Of a stretch of 64,000 nt of DNA, positions 1 to 10,978 are shown piece after piece; within the stretch, counting starts at the first letter, position 1; each line of letters starts with the position of its first letter. The position numbers were made by a program, and so were the translations under genes. Source of the stretch: a virus; IMG/VR virus record IMGVR_UViG_3300037104_000911, positions 2,818 to 66,817 of that record, one strand, 5' to 3'. The notes beneath the pieces are model-generated. The model ran no database searches. It saw only the letters and a list, made by a program, of their open reading frames with translations, and was not told the origin of the DNA.

Positions 1-39
1 CACTCCTTATTATTTATTTGTTCTAGAAATATTTTGATT

Positions 40-819
40 TTATGATGGAATATCATCGTATGTTATTACAACTTTTAAATCAGAATCCAATCTAATATTT
101 GTAATTCTATATCCACTTGTTCCAGGAGGAGAAATACTTGTTATTAAATTTGAAGTATCTGCTGAATATCCACTATAACCTGAAACACCATCAAGTCCAG
201 AATAACCTGAAATACCATCAAGACCGCTATATCCAGAAACACCATCATAACCACCAAATCCAGAGTACCCACTTATTCCTAATCCACTATATCCAGAGTA
301 CCCACTTATTCCTAATCCAGAATATCCACTATATCCTGAAGTTCCTGTAGATGATCCTAAACCTATTGTACCTACATAAATATAACAACTTAATTTTGGA
401 GGCATATTTGGAGGAACAGTTCCATAAAAGCTTAAAACACCAGATTCAGTATCTAAAATCCAGTCTCCTTGCCCAAAAGGAATTGTAGCTCCAGTACTAT
501 CTTTCAAAAGATAATTAAAAGAACCATCACCATAATTAAATGGAATAGTATTAATTATATCAGGATGATAAAAGGCATTTGTTGTTCCTGGTACTGCTAT
601 AAGAACTTTATCAACCCATCGTTTTACTACTCCACTAATTTCTCCATCATTTAAAACAGGAGCAGTAGTGGGAATAGCATCTACCCATATTTGATTGGAT
701 AGTACCGATGGTAGACCTTTTTTTGGCTCTTCAAAAAAGTCACGAAGAGTAGTAGTTTCACCCACTCCCATAGCTTTCTTAAAAAGCTTTGATGATTTTT
801 GGTCTGTTGTTAATGCCAT
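40..819 (-). CDS. Virion/tail-associated protein with short Gly-X-Ser repeat
   Basis: 259 aa ORF with GYSG/GISG repeats like the neighbouring 1694 aa protein; co-oriented in a structural block. Confidence 0.55.
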   Translation of the reverse strand: MALTTDQKSSKLFKKAMGVGETTTLRDFFEEPKKGLPSVLSNQIWVDAIPTTAPVLNDGEISGVVKRWVDKVLIAVPGTTNAFYHPDIINTIPFNYGDGSFNYLLKDSTGATIPFGQGDWILDTESGVLSFYGTVPPNMPPKLSCYIYVGTIGLGSSTGTSGYSGYSGLGISGYSGYSGLGISGYSGFGGYDGVSGYSGLDGISGYSGLDGVSGYSGYSADTSNLITSISPPGTSGYRITNIRLDSDLKVVITYDDIPS

Positions 820-835
820 GTATAATTACCCACCC

Positions 836-3800
836 TTACGAAACAGTAATTGAACCAAAAGTTTTAGTATCTGCAGAAGGTAAACCAATTCTAACGTAGA
901 CTTGACCTGTTCTAACGGAAGAACCAAATGTAACCTTATGAGATGTTGATGTTGAGTTTCCAACAACACAAGCTGGATCACCATTATTAACTGGATCACC
1001 AACACCAGGATAAGCTGCATTTGCATCTATCCATCCAGTAACCCCTTCAACCTTAACATAAATTCTTAAATTACTTACAATTACACTTGAACCAAATCCA
1101 GAAGAATTATTAAATACAATAGTTATAGAAGAAGCATTTGTTATACTTAAAGGATTAAATGTTACATAACGCCAATCAGTTCCCATTCCTGTAGAATAAT
1201 CTGGACCTGCTGTAGGAAGATTATTGGTATAATTTCCTGTAGGTCTTCTATACAATCCATTGAGAAGTTGTAATTCTTCAACATAAGTAGTCTTTAAACT
1301 TATAGTGGAATCATATGCGCTTGTATAACCCAATGCTGGAAATTGTCCAGATCCTGAAGTTTTTCTAGTAGATTCATTGCTAACTGTATCTACTCTAATA
1401 GTGGTACTTTGAGCAATATTATAAGAAGTAGTTTTAGAATTATATCCATATAATGTAAATGCTGAAGTTTCAGAATATTTATTAGTAACAACCGTTACAT
1501 TAATATCTATATCAATATTATCATCATCATTGTAAGGTGTAGCTGAAGGAGCAATATCAGGACTATTTGTAATCCCTCCAGTTGAAGTTATACTTGCAAC
1601 TCTTACCTTAGCATAATGAGTATTAACAGCATTAGCTAATCTAAATTGAATTCTAATAGTTTCACCGACTGCCATTGAAACTACACCAGATATATATCTT
1701 GTGATACCCGAACCTGATGATGCTATAGCTGAATTATTGCTAAGAGTTACAACACCAGGATCATCAACATAGAAAGATAAAGAACTATCTCCTGTAATAC
1801 TATGAGATAACATATAAGTATGTAAACCAACAGCAAGATTTACTAATGGTGTAATATTAGCAATTAGTTGTTTCCAAAATCCTTGTTTTCCTGCTTGACC
1901 CACATAAGGATCTGTATCTGCAGTAATATTTAACCAAAGGTATGCGCCTACATCACTTGCAGATGAAATAATTTTACTACCATGTGATACTGTATCAACT
2001 TTAGCTTCTAATGTTCCATTATCTCCATCAAAGAAATTACTACAAGTTCCAACAGGTTTAAGAACATCAGTACATTTATCTTCAGTTTGAGAACCAATAC
2101 TTGATCTATATGCTTGATAAGAGGATAATATCATTGATATTACTGATAAATAAGAAGGTTTAGCAGGAGCTAATTTATTAAGAACAGAATCAATTTCAGA
2201 TAGAGCTTCTTGAACATCATCATCTGTTGAGGATAAAAATACCCAACCTGTTGATGTAGTAATAATATCAGCTGGGTGACCACTTGTTAATAAATCAGGT
2301 AGCTCAGAATGTGTATAAACACCTGCTTCTCCACTAAATCCAGAAATACCAACTCCTGAGAACCCACTTATTCCTATTCCATCTATACCTGAATATCCGC
2401 TTGCTCCTAAAGTTCCACTATAACCAGATATTCCTAGTCCATCAATACCACTATAACCGCTAAATCCAGACTCTCCACCACCTAGTCCATCAAGACCACT
2501 ATATCCAGAAATACCTACTCCATCTATTCCACTGTATCCAGAAATACCTATTTCACCACTATAACCAGATATACCATCAAGACCGCTATATCCTGAAATT
2601 CCTATTTCACCACTGTAACCTGACTCTCCACCACCTACTCCACCATAACCACTTGCTCCTGAATAACCAGATACACCATCAAGACCGCTAGAACCAGAAG
2701 TAATTAGTAAACTCCAATAAGTTTCCCAATTAACTCCTACCCCTGGTTCATTAGTAGATGAAGGAGTATTTTCTAATATACATATATAGACATTACCATT
2801 ATTTGTAACAATATTATTTACATGATAGGCAGGAGATGTTGTTGCTTCATACATTTCCCACTCAACAAGCATTGTATTGCCTGTATAAGCAAGATCATCA
2901 ATTTTATAAAATTTATATGAAGTTGAATTAGCAAAATTTATTGTATTCCACCCAACATCAACAGATAATCCGCTAAATGGTCCTGATAGTTTTGTCCATG
3001 ATCCATTTACACCATTTGTCGAATCATTTGAACCATAGAAATTTCCATCCTTTAATTGGAGTAAATCCCAACCTGCTAAACTATATAATTTTAGTGTAGT
3101 AATTATTTTCTCATTACCCACACCAAAATCAATAGCCATATAAGTAAATTTTGAAGGCTGGTTTCCATCATCAACCAATATTCCATCATCTACATTTTGC
3201 TTTACCCCATAATAATTATTGCTATAATGAGGGTAAGAAATATTAGTAACATTTGGACTACTACTACCTGATGACCAAGATCCTAAATAAATAAGACCAA
3301 TCCCACTATATCCAGAGGTTCCTATTTCACCACTATAACCGCTAAATCCAGACTCTCCACCACCTAGTCCATCAAGACCACTATATCCAGAAATACCTAT
3401 TTCACCACTAAATCCTGATGTACCTATTCCATCTATTCCGCTATAACCTGAAATACCTAATCCATCAAGACCACTATATCCTGATGTTCCTATTCCATCT
3501 ATTCCGCTATAACCACTATAACCAGATTCTCCACCACCTAATCCATCAAGACCGCTATATCCAGAAACACCTACTCCACTATAACCAGAAGGTCCTATTT
3601 CACCACTAAATCCAGATATTCCTAATCCATCAATACCACTATATCCAGATATTCCTAATTCACCACTGAATCCAGAAATACCTATTCCATCTATTCCGCT
3701 ATAACCTGAAATACCTAATCCACTATAACCAGATATTCCACTTACTCCACTTACTCCTGATATTCCAGAATAACCAGAAGCACCAGATAATCCATAAATA

Positions 3801-5920
3801 ACTCCACCAGAAGAAACTGCAACATATCCAGCTGTTGCAGATAACCAAACTATTGTTAAATTATTAGTATCTACAAAGGTTACAACTGGATAATCATAAC
3901 GACCATCAACAGCTACATAGTGACCACTTCCATCATTAATAGCTATTTCTACGTTAACAAATTGATAACCTAAATTATGAGGCACATTCCATGTTATAGC
4001 TGGAGAAGATTGATTAAATACAAATCCACCAGCAATTGCTGTTATTCCACTATAACCAGAAATTCCTGAATATCCACTTACTCCTGAAATTCCAGAATAA
4101 CCTGATATTCCTGAATATCCGCTTACTCCTGAGTAACCAGATATTCCAGAATCTCCAGATATTCCAGAATAACCAGATATTCCACTATATCCACTTATAC
4201 CCGAATATCCGCTTACTGCTAATAAACTCCAGTAGGTTATCCAATTAACTCCAATTCCTGGTTCTGTATCAACTGAAGAAGAATGTCCTAATATACATAA
4301 ATAGGTATTACCATTATGAGTAACTATATCATTGAACCCATAGGAAGCAGGAACAGAAGGAAGATCAAAATATTGAGTAGAGAGATGCACCATATTTGAT
4401 GCTTGTGCTGTTAAGAAAACTGTATAATTAATATTATCATTAGAACCAGAGACAGTAAAATCTTTAATACTTTGAGAATTATATTTACCAACTGTAACAC
4501 TTGCTATAACTCTAGATATACCAAGATCAACTTTCCACCAGTTGGGTAATTGTGATATATAAAACTGCCAATAACTATTTAGATTTGAATCTGAACAATT
4601 TGAAGGATCTCCATTTAAGGTTGCCCCAGCTGTATGAGGCATTGTTTCATTATTCCACTTATTATTTACTGGAGAAGGAGCATCACATACCCAAAGAGTT
4701 GCTTCAGAAACTAAATTACTATCCCAACCAGATATAATATCAAATCGTATATAACGATATTGAGGTAATCCTCCATTTGACCATTCACCCTTATATATTA
4801 ATCCAGCTCCTGAATAACCACTTACACCAGAAATTCCTGAATAACCACTTACACCAGAAATTCCTGAATAACCACTTACACCAGAAATTCCTGAATAACC
4901 AGATGTTCCACTATATCCTGAGTACCCACTGATTCCAGAATAACCTGAAATTCCAGAATATCCACTATCTCCAGAGATTCCAGAAAACCCACTTACACCA
5001 GAAATTCCTGAGTACCCACTTACACCAGAAATTCCACTATATCCCGAAACTCCTGAATCTCCACTTATACCAGAAATCCCACTATAACCAGATATACCAC
5101 TATATCCACTTATACCTGAGTACCCTGATATTCCACTATATCCTGAGTAACCACTGATCCCAGAATAACCAGATATTCCTAAATAACCACTTCTACCACT
5201 ATAACCAGATATACCACTATAACCAGATATACCACTATATCCACTTATACCTGAAACACTACTATAACCACTTATACCTGAAAAACCAGAATATCCTCGT
5301 AATCCTGGTTCATCTGAAAAGTTTATTGGTCTTGAGAAATCTTCTGGAACTGTTTCAAGATTAAATCTTTTAGCATACATTATCTGCATTGTAATGTTTG
5401 CTTCTAATGGTTTTAAAGATTCAACACCACTTGAGAAAATATAAGTTTTAAGAGTCCATACTCCTAAACTATATGTTATTCTTCCATAATATTGATTATC
5501 AAATGAGTCAAATATTGGGTTAAGATCATCAGAATTTCTTAGATCACATCTGTTTTTTGGAGAATCAGTTGGAACTCCCTCATCTGTTCCTGAGGATGAT
5601 ACTGAAATTTCTCCAGTCATATTTGTAGAAATATCATATGATGATACACCCGAAATTCCAGAAATAGGATTTGAAGATTGAACATTTCCGATTAATTTTC
5701 TACCAATAAAATCAGCTGTATTTCCTGAAATTCCACTATATCCAGAAATTCCATCTATTCCTCTTATTCCAGAATAACCTGAAAACCCAGTTACTCCACT
5801 ATATCCACTAGTTCCTGAATCACCACTATGACCATAGGGACCTGAATATCCACTAATACCAGGGATACCACTAGGACCTGAATATCCACTAGTTCCTACA
5901 ATTATAGTTGTTTTTTTCAT
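836..5920 (-). CDS. Tail fibre-like protein with Gly-X-Ser repeats and two discoidin (F5/8)-like domains
   Basis: 1694 aa; long (SGYSGI)n tracts; F5/8-like motifs WWKVDLG..KDFTVSGSND and MAIDFG..FYGSND..W. Confidence 0.7.
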   Translation of the reverse strand: MKKTTIIVGTSGYSGPSGIPGISGYSGPYGHSGDSGTSGYSGVTGFSGYSGIRGIDGISGYSGISGNTADFIGRKLIGNVQSSNPISGISGVSSYDISTNMTGEISVSSSGTDEGVPTDSPKNRCDLRNSDDLNPIFDSFDNQYYGRITYSLGVWTLKTYIFSSGVESLKPLEANITMQIMYAKRFNLETVPEDFSRPINFSDEPGLRGYSGFSGISGYSSVSGISGYSGISGYSGISGYSGRSGYLGISGYSGISGYSGYSGISGYSGISGYSGISGYSGISGISGDSGVSGYSGISGVSGYSGISGVSGFSGISGDSGYSGISGYSGISGYSGYSGTSGYSGISGVSGYSGISGVSGYSGISGVSGYSGAGLIYKGEWSNGGLPQYRYIRFDIISGWDSNLVSEATLWVCDAPSPVNNKWNNETMPHTAGATLNGDPSNCSDSNLNSYWQFYISQLPNWWKVDLGISRVIASVTVGKYNSQSIKDFTVSGSNDNINYTVFLTAQASNMVHLSTQYFDLPSVPASYGFNDIVTHNGNTYLCILGHSSSVDTEPGIGVNWITYWSLLAVSGYSGISGYSGISGYSGISGDSGISGYSGVSGYSGISGYSGISGVSGYSGISGYSGITAIAGGFVFNQSSPAITWNVPHNLGYQFVNVEIAINDGSGHYVAVDGRYDYPVVTFVDTNNLTIVWLSATAGYVAVSSGGVIYGLSGASGYSGISGVSGVSGISGYSGLGISGYSGIDGIGISGFSGELGISGYSGIDGLGISGFSGEIGPSGYSGVGVSGYSGLDGLGGGESGYSGYSGIDGIGTSGYSGLDGLGISGYSGIDGIGTSGFSGEIGISGYSGLDGLGGGESGFSGYSGEIGTSGYSGIGLIYLGSWSSGSSSPNVTNISYPHYSNNYYGVKQNVDDGILVDDGNQPSKFTYMAIDFGVGNEKIITTLKLYSLAGWDLLQLKDGNFYGSNDSTNGVNGSWTKLSGPFSGLSVDVGWNTINFANSTSYKFYKIDDLAYTGNTMLVEWEMYEATTSPAYHVNNIVTNNGNVYICILENTPSSTNEPGVGVNWETYWSLLITSGSSGLDGVSGYSGASGYGGVGGGESGYSGEIGISGYSGLDGISGYSGEIGISGYSGIDGVGISGYSGLDGLGGGESGFSGYSGIDGLGISGYSGTLGASGYSGIDGIGISGFSGVGISGFSGEAGVYTHSELPDLLTSGHPADIITTSTGWVFLSSTDDDVQEALSEIDSVLNKLAPAKPSYLSVISMILSSYQAYRSSIGSQTEDKCTDVLKPVGTCSNFFDGDNGTLEAKVDTVSHGSKIISSASDVGAYLWLNITADTDPYVGQAGKQGFWKQLIANITPLVNLAVGLHTYMLSHSITGDSSLSFYVDDPGVVTLSNNSAIASSGSGITRYISGVVSMAVGETIRIQFRLANAVNTHYAKVRVASITSTGGITNSPDIAPSATPYNDDDNIDIDINVTVVTNKYSETSAFTLYGYNSKTTSYNIAQSTTIRVDTVSNESTRKTSGSGQFPALGYTSAYDSTISLKTTYVEELQLLNGLYRRPTGNYTNNLPTAGPDYSTGMGTDWRYVTFNPLSITNASSITIVFNNSSGFGSSVIVSNLRIYVKVEGVTGWIDANAAYPGVGDPVNNGDPACVVGNSTSTSHKVTFGSSVRTGQVYVRIGLPSADTKTFGSITVS

Positions 5921-5973
5921 TTTTTTATATTTATCCTAAAAATTAAGTTTATTTTTATTATCCTAAAATAAAA

Positions 5974-8304
5974 TTATCCAACAATCACGACTTTAATTGG
6001 AATTAGATTTGAAAGTAACCATAGTTTTATATGCGATGCATCAATAATTTCTACTTCTATATTTGTTGAATCAGACAATACAACCTTTTTTGTAACATTA
6101 TTATAACAAGTTACTACTACATCTTCTGATTTAATATCAGAAATATTAATAGAAGCAAAATATGGTAATGGGGGAGAACTTCCAGAGTTTAAAGGTATAT
6201 ATTGGAAAGTATTATTTGTAGAGTTTATTAAAACAACTAAATTAATTGTATTTGTTGAAACCCAAATTTGAAGGGTAGTAGGATTTAGAAGAATTATTTT
6301 TTCTGGTATAACATGATAATTAGAGTCATAATTATAAAAACACGTAACTAGAGCTGTTGAATCTATAGAACCAATATCAATATTTTTATAATAACTATTT
6401 CCTGAGTGAACCCAGTCTCCTGTATTTATTTTTGTAATAAAATTAGCAACAATTATTAAAATTTTTAATGATAAAATATTTGTTGTCATCCAAATTCTAA
6501 TTGTATGTATTCCTGTAATTTCAATTTCATATGGAATTATTTTTCTATTTGTTGTTTTATCATAACATGTTAAAATTGCTGATGTTGAATCAATAGTTCC
6601 TAAATCTATTTCAGCATAATCCAAATCAACATAGTATAATCCATTTGATAAAACCCAATCAGAAACAGATATATTTTTAATAAGATCTGTATCACTAACT
6701 GTAACTTTTATTACAGAAGTTGAATCAGTATTTATTTGTAAAAATGCTTCGTTGGTATTATATAATAATTCAGAAGTTGGTTCAAATTCTTCATCATTAT
6801 CATAAAAACAATTCATAATTACATTTAAATTAGCAAAATATGAAAGATCAATATCTAACAAACTTCCTTCACCACTAAGAGATAAATCATCATCAGTTAT
6901 AATTTTTGTAACTTTATTGGTAGAACCAGATCCACCAGATCCAACACCAGATGAGTTTGATAATTCTCTCCATACTTCACCATCGAATATTAAAGTTAAA
7001 ATTTGTCCAGGTTTCCCTGTTAAATCATTACCGGAAGATAAATTAATATTAATATTATTTCTAATAGTTGTTACACTATTTATAAAAATAATATATCTAA
7101 TATCATCTTTTAGTCCACCAGAAAAGTTAAAAATTGTTCCACCAGCATTTGAAGTAAACCAAGTTCTATATGGTGCTAAATTTACTGAAGTTGCATAATC
7201 TGCAAACTGTCCAATTGTTCTTGTAGACCCAGAGGTAGATTGAGATAATACATAACCTGTTCCAAAAATATCTGTAGCTACTTGCTTAATATTATTTGTA
7301 TTTACTGGAATTTGTGATATATCTTGTTTAACTCCAGATCCAAGACCACTAACTAATACGACACAGGTTGAAGTTCCTCCTGAAACACAAACTCCAATCA
7401 TTTGAGAATTAGTAGGTTCTACATTTGTTATGGTTCCCTCTTCAGAACCTGATAAATATACTTCATCTCCAACTACTATAGTTTTTCCAGATTCAATATT
7501 TATAGTGCATAAACCACTTATTTCAATTTTATTAGTTGAATATACAAAACATTGAGCATAAGTATTTACAGAAGAAGAAATAGCAGGATGAACCTTTTCA
7601 TCACTTTCAAAATAAGCTAACTGTCCTATAGTACACGGAGAAGTATCATATGTATATTTAAGATCTGTTAATCTTCTAAATTCAGTATCTGTACCATAAT
7701 ATATTTCATTATCATCTAATGTATAAATAATTCTTCCTTTATCTGAAGATTGAAAAATTGGAAGGGTATTTTCTAAACCAATATAAAATTTAGTATATTT
7801 TCTTTCTACTATTGGGTTGTCAGGATCATAATTATAAACTGAATCTACTTCAAAAATTACACCATTGAATGTAACTTTTACAACTTTTAATAATAAAAAG
7901 TCTCCACTAGAAATAAAAGATCTTTGATCTGGTTGATCTGGTTTTAATATTCTAATTGATGCTTGAGGGGCAGGTTTAGACTTAACATAGTTATATTCTA
8001 AAACAATGTAATAATATCCTGCTACATTGAAAGGAGCAACATTATCAACATAAAAATCTGAATTTGACATATCAACTAAAAAATCAGAATCAAATTTTAT
8101 AATAACATCATCTTTATAACATTGACCAGGTCCGACTATAACAGTTGTAGCGCTAGTAGAATCCAAAGTTACATCAATAGCTGAAGGACTATGAAGACAA
8201 TTTTCTCCTTGAGTTACCATTCTGGTTAACTTATTGATAATATTAGAATTATATGAGCTGAATGGATCGACACATCTTTGCTGGGTTGGAATTATATTAG
8301 TCAT
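5974..8304 (-). CDS. Putative baseplate/tail structural protein
   Basis: 776 aa, beta-rich, internal repeats (..VxCYDxxT..IIP..IEI..LxIW); adjacent to fibre gene. Confidence 0.5.
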   Translation of the reverse strand: MTNIIPTQQRCVDPFSSYNSNIINKLTRMVTQGENCLHSPSAIDVTLDSTSATTVIVGPGQCYKDDVIIKFDSDFLVDMSNSDFYVDNVAPFNVAGYYYIVLEYNYVKSKPAPQASIRILKPDQPDQRSFISSGDFLLLKVVKVTFNGVIFEVDSVYNYDPDNPIVERKYTKFYIGLENTLPIFQSSDKGRIIYTLDDNEIYYGTDTEFRRLTDLKYTYDTSPCTIGQLAYFESDEKVHPAISSSVNTYAQCFVYSTNKIEISGLCTINIESGKTIVVGDEVYLSGSEEGTITNVEPTNSQMIGVCVSGGTSTCVVLVSGLGSGVKQDISQIPVNTNNIKQVATDIFGTGYVLSQSTSGSTRTIGQFADYATSVNLAPYRTWFTSNAGGTIFNFSGGLKDDIRYIIFINSVTTIRNNININLSSGNDLTGKPGQILTLIFDGEVWRELSNSSGVGSGGSGSTNKVTKIITDDDLSLSGEGSLLDIDLSYFANLNVIMNCFYDNDEEFEPTSELLYNTNEAFLQINTDSTSVIKVTVSDTDLIKNISVSDWVLSNGLYYVDLDYAEIDLGTIDSTSAILTCYDKTTNRKIIPYEIEITGIHTIRIWMTTNILSLKILIIVANFITKINTGDWVHSGNSYYKNIDIGSIDSTALVTCFYNYDSNYHVIPEKIILLNPTTLQIWVSTNTINLVVLINSTNNTFQYIPLNSGSSPPLPYFASINISDIKSEDVVVTCYNNVTKKVVLSDSTNIEVEIIDASHIKLWLLSNLIPIKVVIVG

Positions 8305-9209
8305 TTTTTAATCTCCTTACAGATTAATTCTATGTCATTTTTTAGTTGATCTAGAGTTGGAATAATATCTTTATTTAAAGTTCCCCTATATCTTATAAAT
8401 TTCCAACCCCATTCTTCAAGTTCTCTTTGTCTTTTTTCATCATATTCAAAATCTTGATGCCAATACGCTCCATCATACTCAATTATAAGTCTAAGTGATG
8501 GAACTACAATATCTAGATTATAATTTAAAAAAGGAATATTTAAACGAGCATCTTGGTATAAACTACTAACCATTTCAAATAATTTTTTTTGAGGTTTTGA
8601 TATATTCTTAATAAAAGAGTTTAAATATGCAGCTCCACCATTTAACATCATTTGTTTATTTGCTTCTCTAGCTTTAGGAACAATTACTTTTTGAAAATAG
8701 TCACTTCTCCAAAAACAATCTGGATTTTTCCATAGTTCTTTCATAATAAGACTTTTTTTAAGCTTATATTCTTCATTAAATGGACCATTAGGATCTTTCC
8801 ATACTTCTTTCATTTTTTCTGCTTTTCTTTTCTGAACTTTTGGTTCATTCATTATATATTTTGGATCTTTCCACTGTTTCTTTTTTGTTTCTGACATTTT
8901 ATTTCTAGCTTCTTTTGAAACTATTCTATTTTTATTACTTTCTATTCTAATTTCTATAATTTCTGGATCAAGATTATAACATTTATGAGAACAATATGTA
9001 AGATATCCTTCTTTTAAATTTACATATGTTGTCATATTTTTACAACCTTCTATTTTACAAATCCCTTCATTTTCAACTTTAATAAACTTATCGTAATAAT
9101 CTTTGGTTCCAGATATAAAATGACTTTTTTTATTACATGGTTGAGCTAAGTGTTGAGCTAAAGCTCTCAAACTTTTAACTTCTTTTCCACATATTTTACA
9201 TTTTTCCAT
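8301..9209 (-). CDS. Homing endonuclease-like protein (Zn finger, helical repeats, DUF559/Vsr-like nuclease)
   Basis: CxxC..H N-terminus; C-terminal YNLDIVV..IIEYDGAYWH..GWKFIR. Confidence 0.75.
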   Translation of the reverse strand: MEKCKICGKEVKSLRALAQHLAQPCNKKSHFISGTKDYYDKFIKVENEGICKIEGCKNMTTYVNLKEGYLTYCSHKCYNLDPEIIEIRIESNKNRIVSKEARNKMSETKKKQWKDPKYIMNEPKVQKRKAEKMKEVWKDPNGPFNEEYKLKKSLIMKELWKNPDCFWRSDYFQKVIVPKAREANKQMMLNGGAAYLNSFIKNISKPQKKLFEMVSSLYQDARLNIPFLNYNLDIVVPSLRLIIEYDGAYWHQDFEYDEKRQRELEEWGWKFIRYRGTLNKDIIPTLDQLKNDIELICKEIKK

Positions 9210-9306
9210 GAGATCCTTGTCTTTCTTTGTGTATTATCTCTACTTTATATTTTTAGTTTGTTCTATAATTCTGAATGAGTTAGAACGAAATTTTTGACGT
9301 AAAAAA

Positions 9307-9336
9307 TGGGAGCATAGAGGAATATCTATGCTCCCG
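9307..9336 (-). terminator. Intrinsic terminator
   Basis: GGGAGCATAGA/TCTATGCTCCC hairpin followed by a T-tract on the minus strand. Confidence 0.75.
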
Positions 9337-9383
9337 TAAGTTTTTCAGTAATTGGGATCATTAAGTATAAAATGAATTAATAT

Positions 9384-10082
9384 TTATAATTTGTTCTTTG
9401 TTTTAGATCTAATCAGTCCATGTTTAATCAATTCAAATTTTAAATCTTCAACAGTAGGCATTTTTGAATCTATATTTATTATTTTCCAACCTTCTTGATT
9501 TAAATTATTAATTCTTACATGATTTGAAACTCCCAACATATTATTATGCCAAAAAGCATTTGGAAACTCAAGAATAACCTTATATTCATGTATTACAATA
9601 TCTGTTATATATTTGAAATCTACTACTCCAGTTTGGGTGAGTTTTTCTATAAAAAAATTATTTCTAACATCTAGAAATTCTGAAACTAAATAGTTTAATA
9701 AAACTAATTTACTTTTTGAAATTAAATTTTTGGGATCATCATATTCTAATTTTTTTATTTGTTTAAGAGAAGAAGGAATATTTATTTTTTTTACAAATGA
9801 TAAGTCCAACTCTTCAAATTTTTTTCTATTGATAATTGGAGTTTTTTCAATTTGTGTTAAAATAGATTCTGGTTCTTCATCTGTAATAACATCTTCCTTC
9901 TTAGTAAATAGTTCTGTTTTTGAATATTTTGTTCTTACTTTTGATTCTTCACTTACTAATTTAGCATTTGGATATTTAGCTCTATAAATTTCAATTGTCA
10001 TATTATGAGCTTTTTGAAGATGTTGCATAGTTACTTTTCCAAACTCTCTTTTACATTCCATACATATTAGTTTTTCAGACAT
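9384..10082 (-). CDS. Zn-finger (MucR-like) plus degenerate DUF559-like nuclease
   Basis: LICMECKREF..HLQKAHNMT..YRAKYP; C-terminal ILEFPNAFWH..GWKII; start moved to ATG 10082. Confidence 0.55.
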   Translation of the reverse strand: MSEKLICMECKREFGKVTMQHLQKAHNMTIEIYRAKYPNAKLVSEESKVRTKYSKTELFTKKEDVITDEEPESILTQIEKTPIINRKKFEELDLSFVKKINIPSSLKQIKKLEYDDPKNLISKSKLVLLNYLVSEFLDVRNNFFIEKLTQTGVVDFKYITDIVIHEYKVILEFPNAFWHNNMLGVSNHVRINNLNQEGWKIINIDSKMPTVEDLKFELIKHGLIRSKTKNKL

Positions 10083-10212
10083 AATCCACCACCCTTTCAT
10101 TATTAGTTGAAAATAATTTTACTATATATATTAATTAGTGAGATAATAAATTTATAATTTGTTCTTTATAAAAATTAAAACTATAAAATCTTTTTTTAAA
10201 AAGGAGAAAAAA

Positions 10213-10440
10213 ATGAGAGAATTTGGAAAAGTTAAAGAATTTTTTGCTTCAATGGTGGAAAAATTTAAGACAAAACGACAAGCTTCTAAGTACTTAAACA
10301 AATATGGAACCGAGTGGAATAAAGAACATGAGATAGATCCTAAAACAGTAGGAAAAAGAGTAGATAAAATAGTTATCAATACTCCAAGATCACATAAAAA
10401 TAAAAACAAGAAAAAACTTCAAAGTAAAAAAAGGAAATAA
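10213..10440 (+). CDS. Hypothetical basic protein
   Basis: AAGGAG SD before ATG 10213. Confidence 0.55.
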   Translation: MREFGKVKEFFASMVEKFKTKRQASKYLNKYGTEWNKEHEIDPKTVGKRVDKIVINTPRSHKNKNKKKLQSKKRK

Positions 10441-10443
10441 AAA

Positions 10444-10923
10444 ATGCAATTTTCTAAGCAGACAAAATCTTTTTCAGGAAAATTAGATTTCCTGAGTAAT
10501 TTTTATTTGATTGATATTTTTTACAATGGAATAAAATATCCATCTGTAGAAAATGCCTATCAAAGTGCAAAATCATTTGATCCTACACACAAATTTAGAG
10601 CAGCAAATTGTTCGCCTGGTGCTTCCAAAAGATTAGGAAAACAATCTAAAATCAGAGAAGATTGGGAAACTGTTAAAGTAGGGATTATGGAAGAACTACT
10701 AAGACAAAAATTCCAAAATAAAAACCTTCAACAAAAACTTCTTGAAGTAAAAGATGATATTGTTGAAGGTAATTATTGGCATGATAACTTTTGGGGAGAT
10801 TGTTATTGTGATAGCTGTAAAAAAATCAAAGGAAAGAATATATTGGGAAATCTTTTAATGAAAATACGAGGAGAACTAACTTCTAAGAAGCTGTTACAGA
10901 TAATAATAGACCAAGTACTTTAA
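10444..10923 (+). CDS. NADAR (YbiA-like) family protein
   Basis: FLSNFY, YPSVENAYQSAK, IVEGNYWHDNFWG, GKNILGNLLMKIR motifs. Confidence 0.9.
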   Translation: MQFSKQTKSFSGKLDFLSNFYLIDIFYNGIKYPSVENAYQSAKSFDPTHKFRAANCSPGASKRLGKQSKIREDWETVKVGIMEELLRQKFQNKNLQQKLLEVKDDIVEGNYWHDNFWGDCYCDSCKKIKGKNILGNLLMKIRGELTSKKLLQIIIDQVL

Positions 10924-10978
10924 GAACAATAGTTGTTTCAGTGAAAAATTATAAAGATATAGTTGAGAGGTGAATTAA

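Noticed and set aside
2330-5900. CRISPR array or DGR in the repetitive DNA
   Set aside because: The repeats are 9/18-nt coding periodicities with synonymous variation and no spacers; no cas gene or reverse transcriptase is seen in the window.
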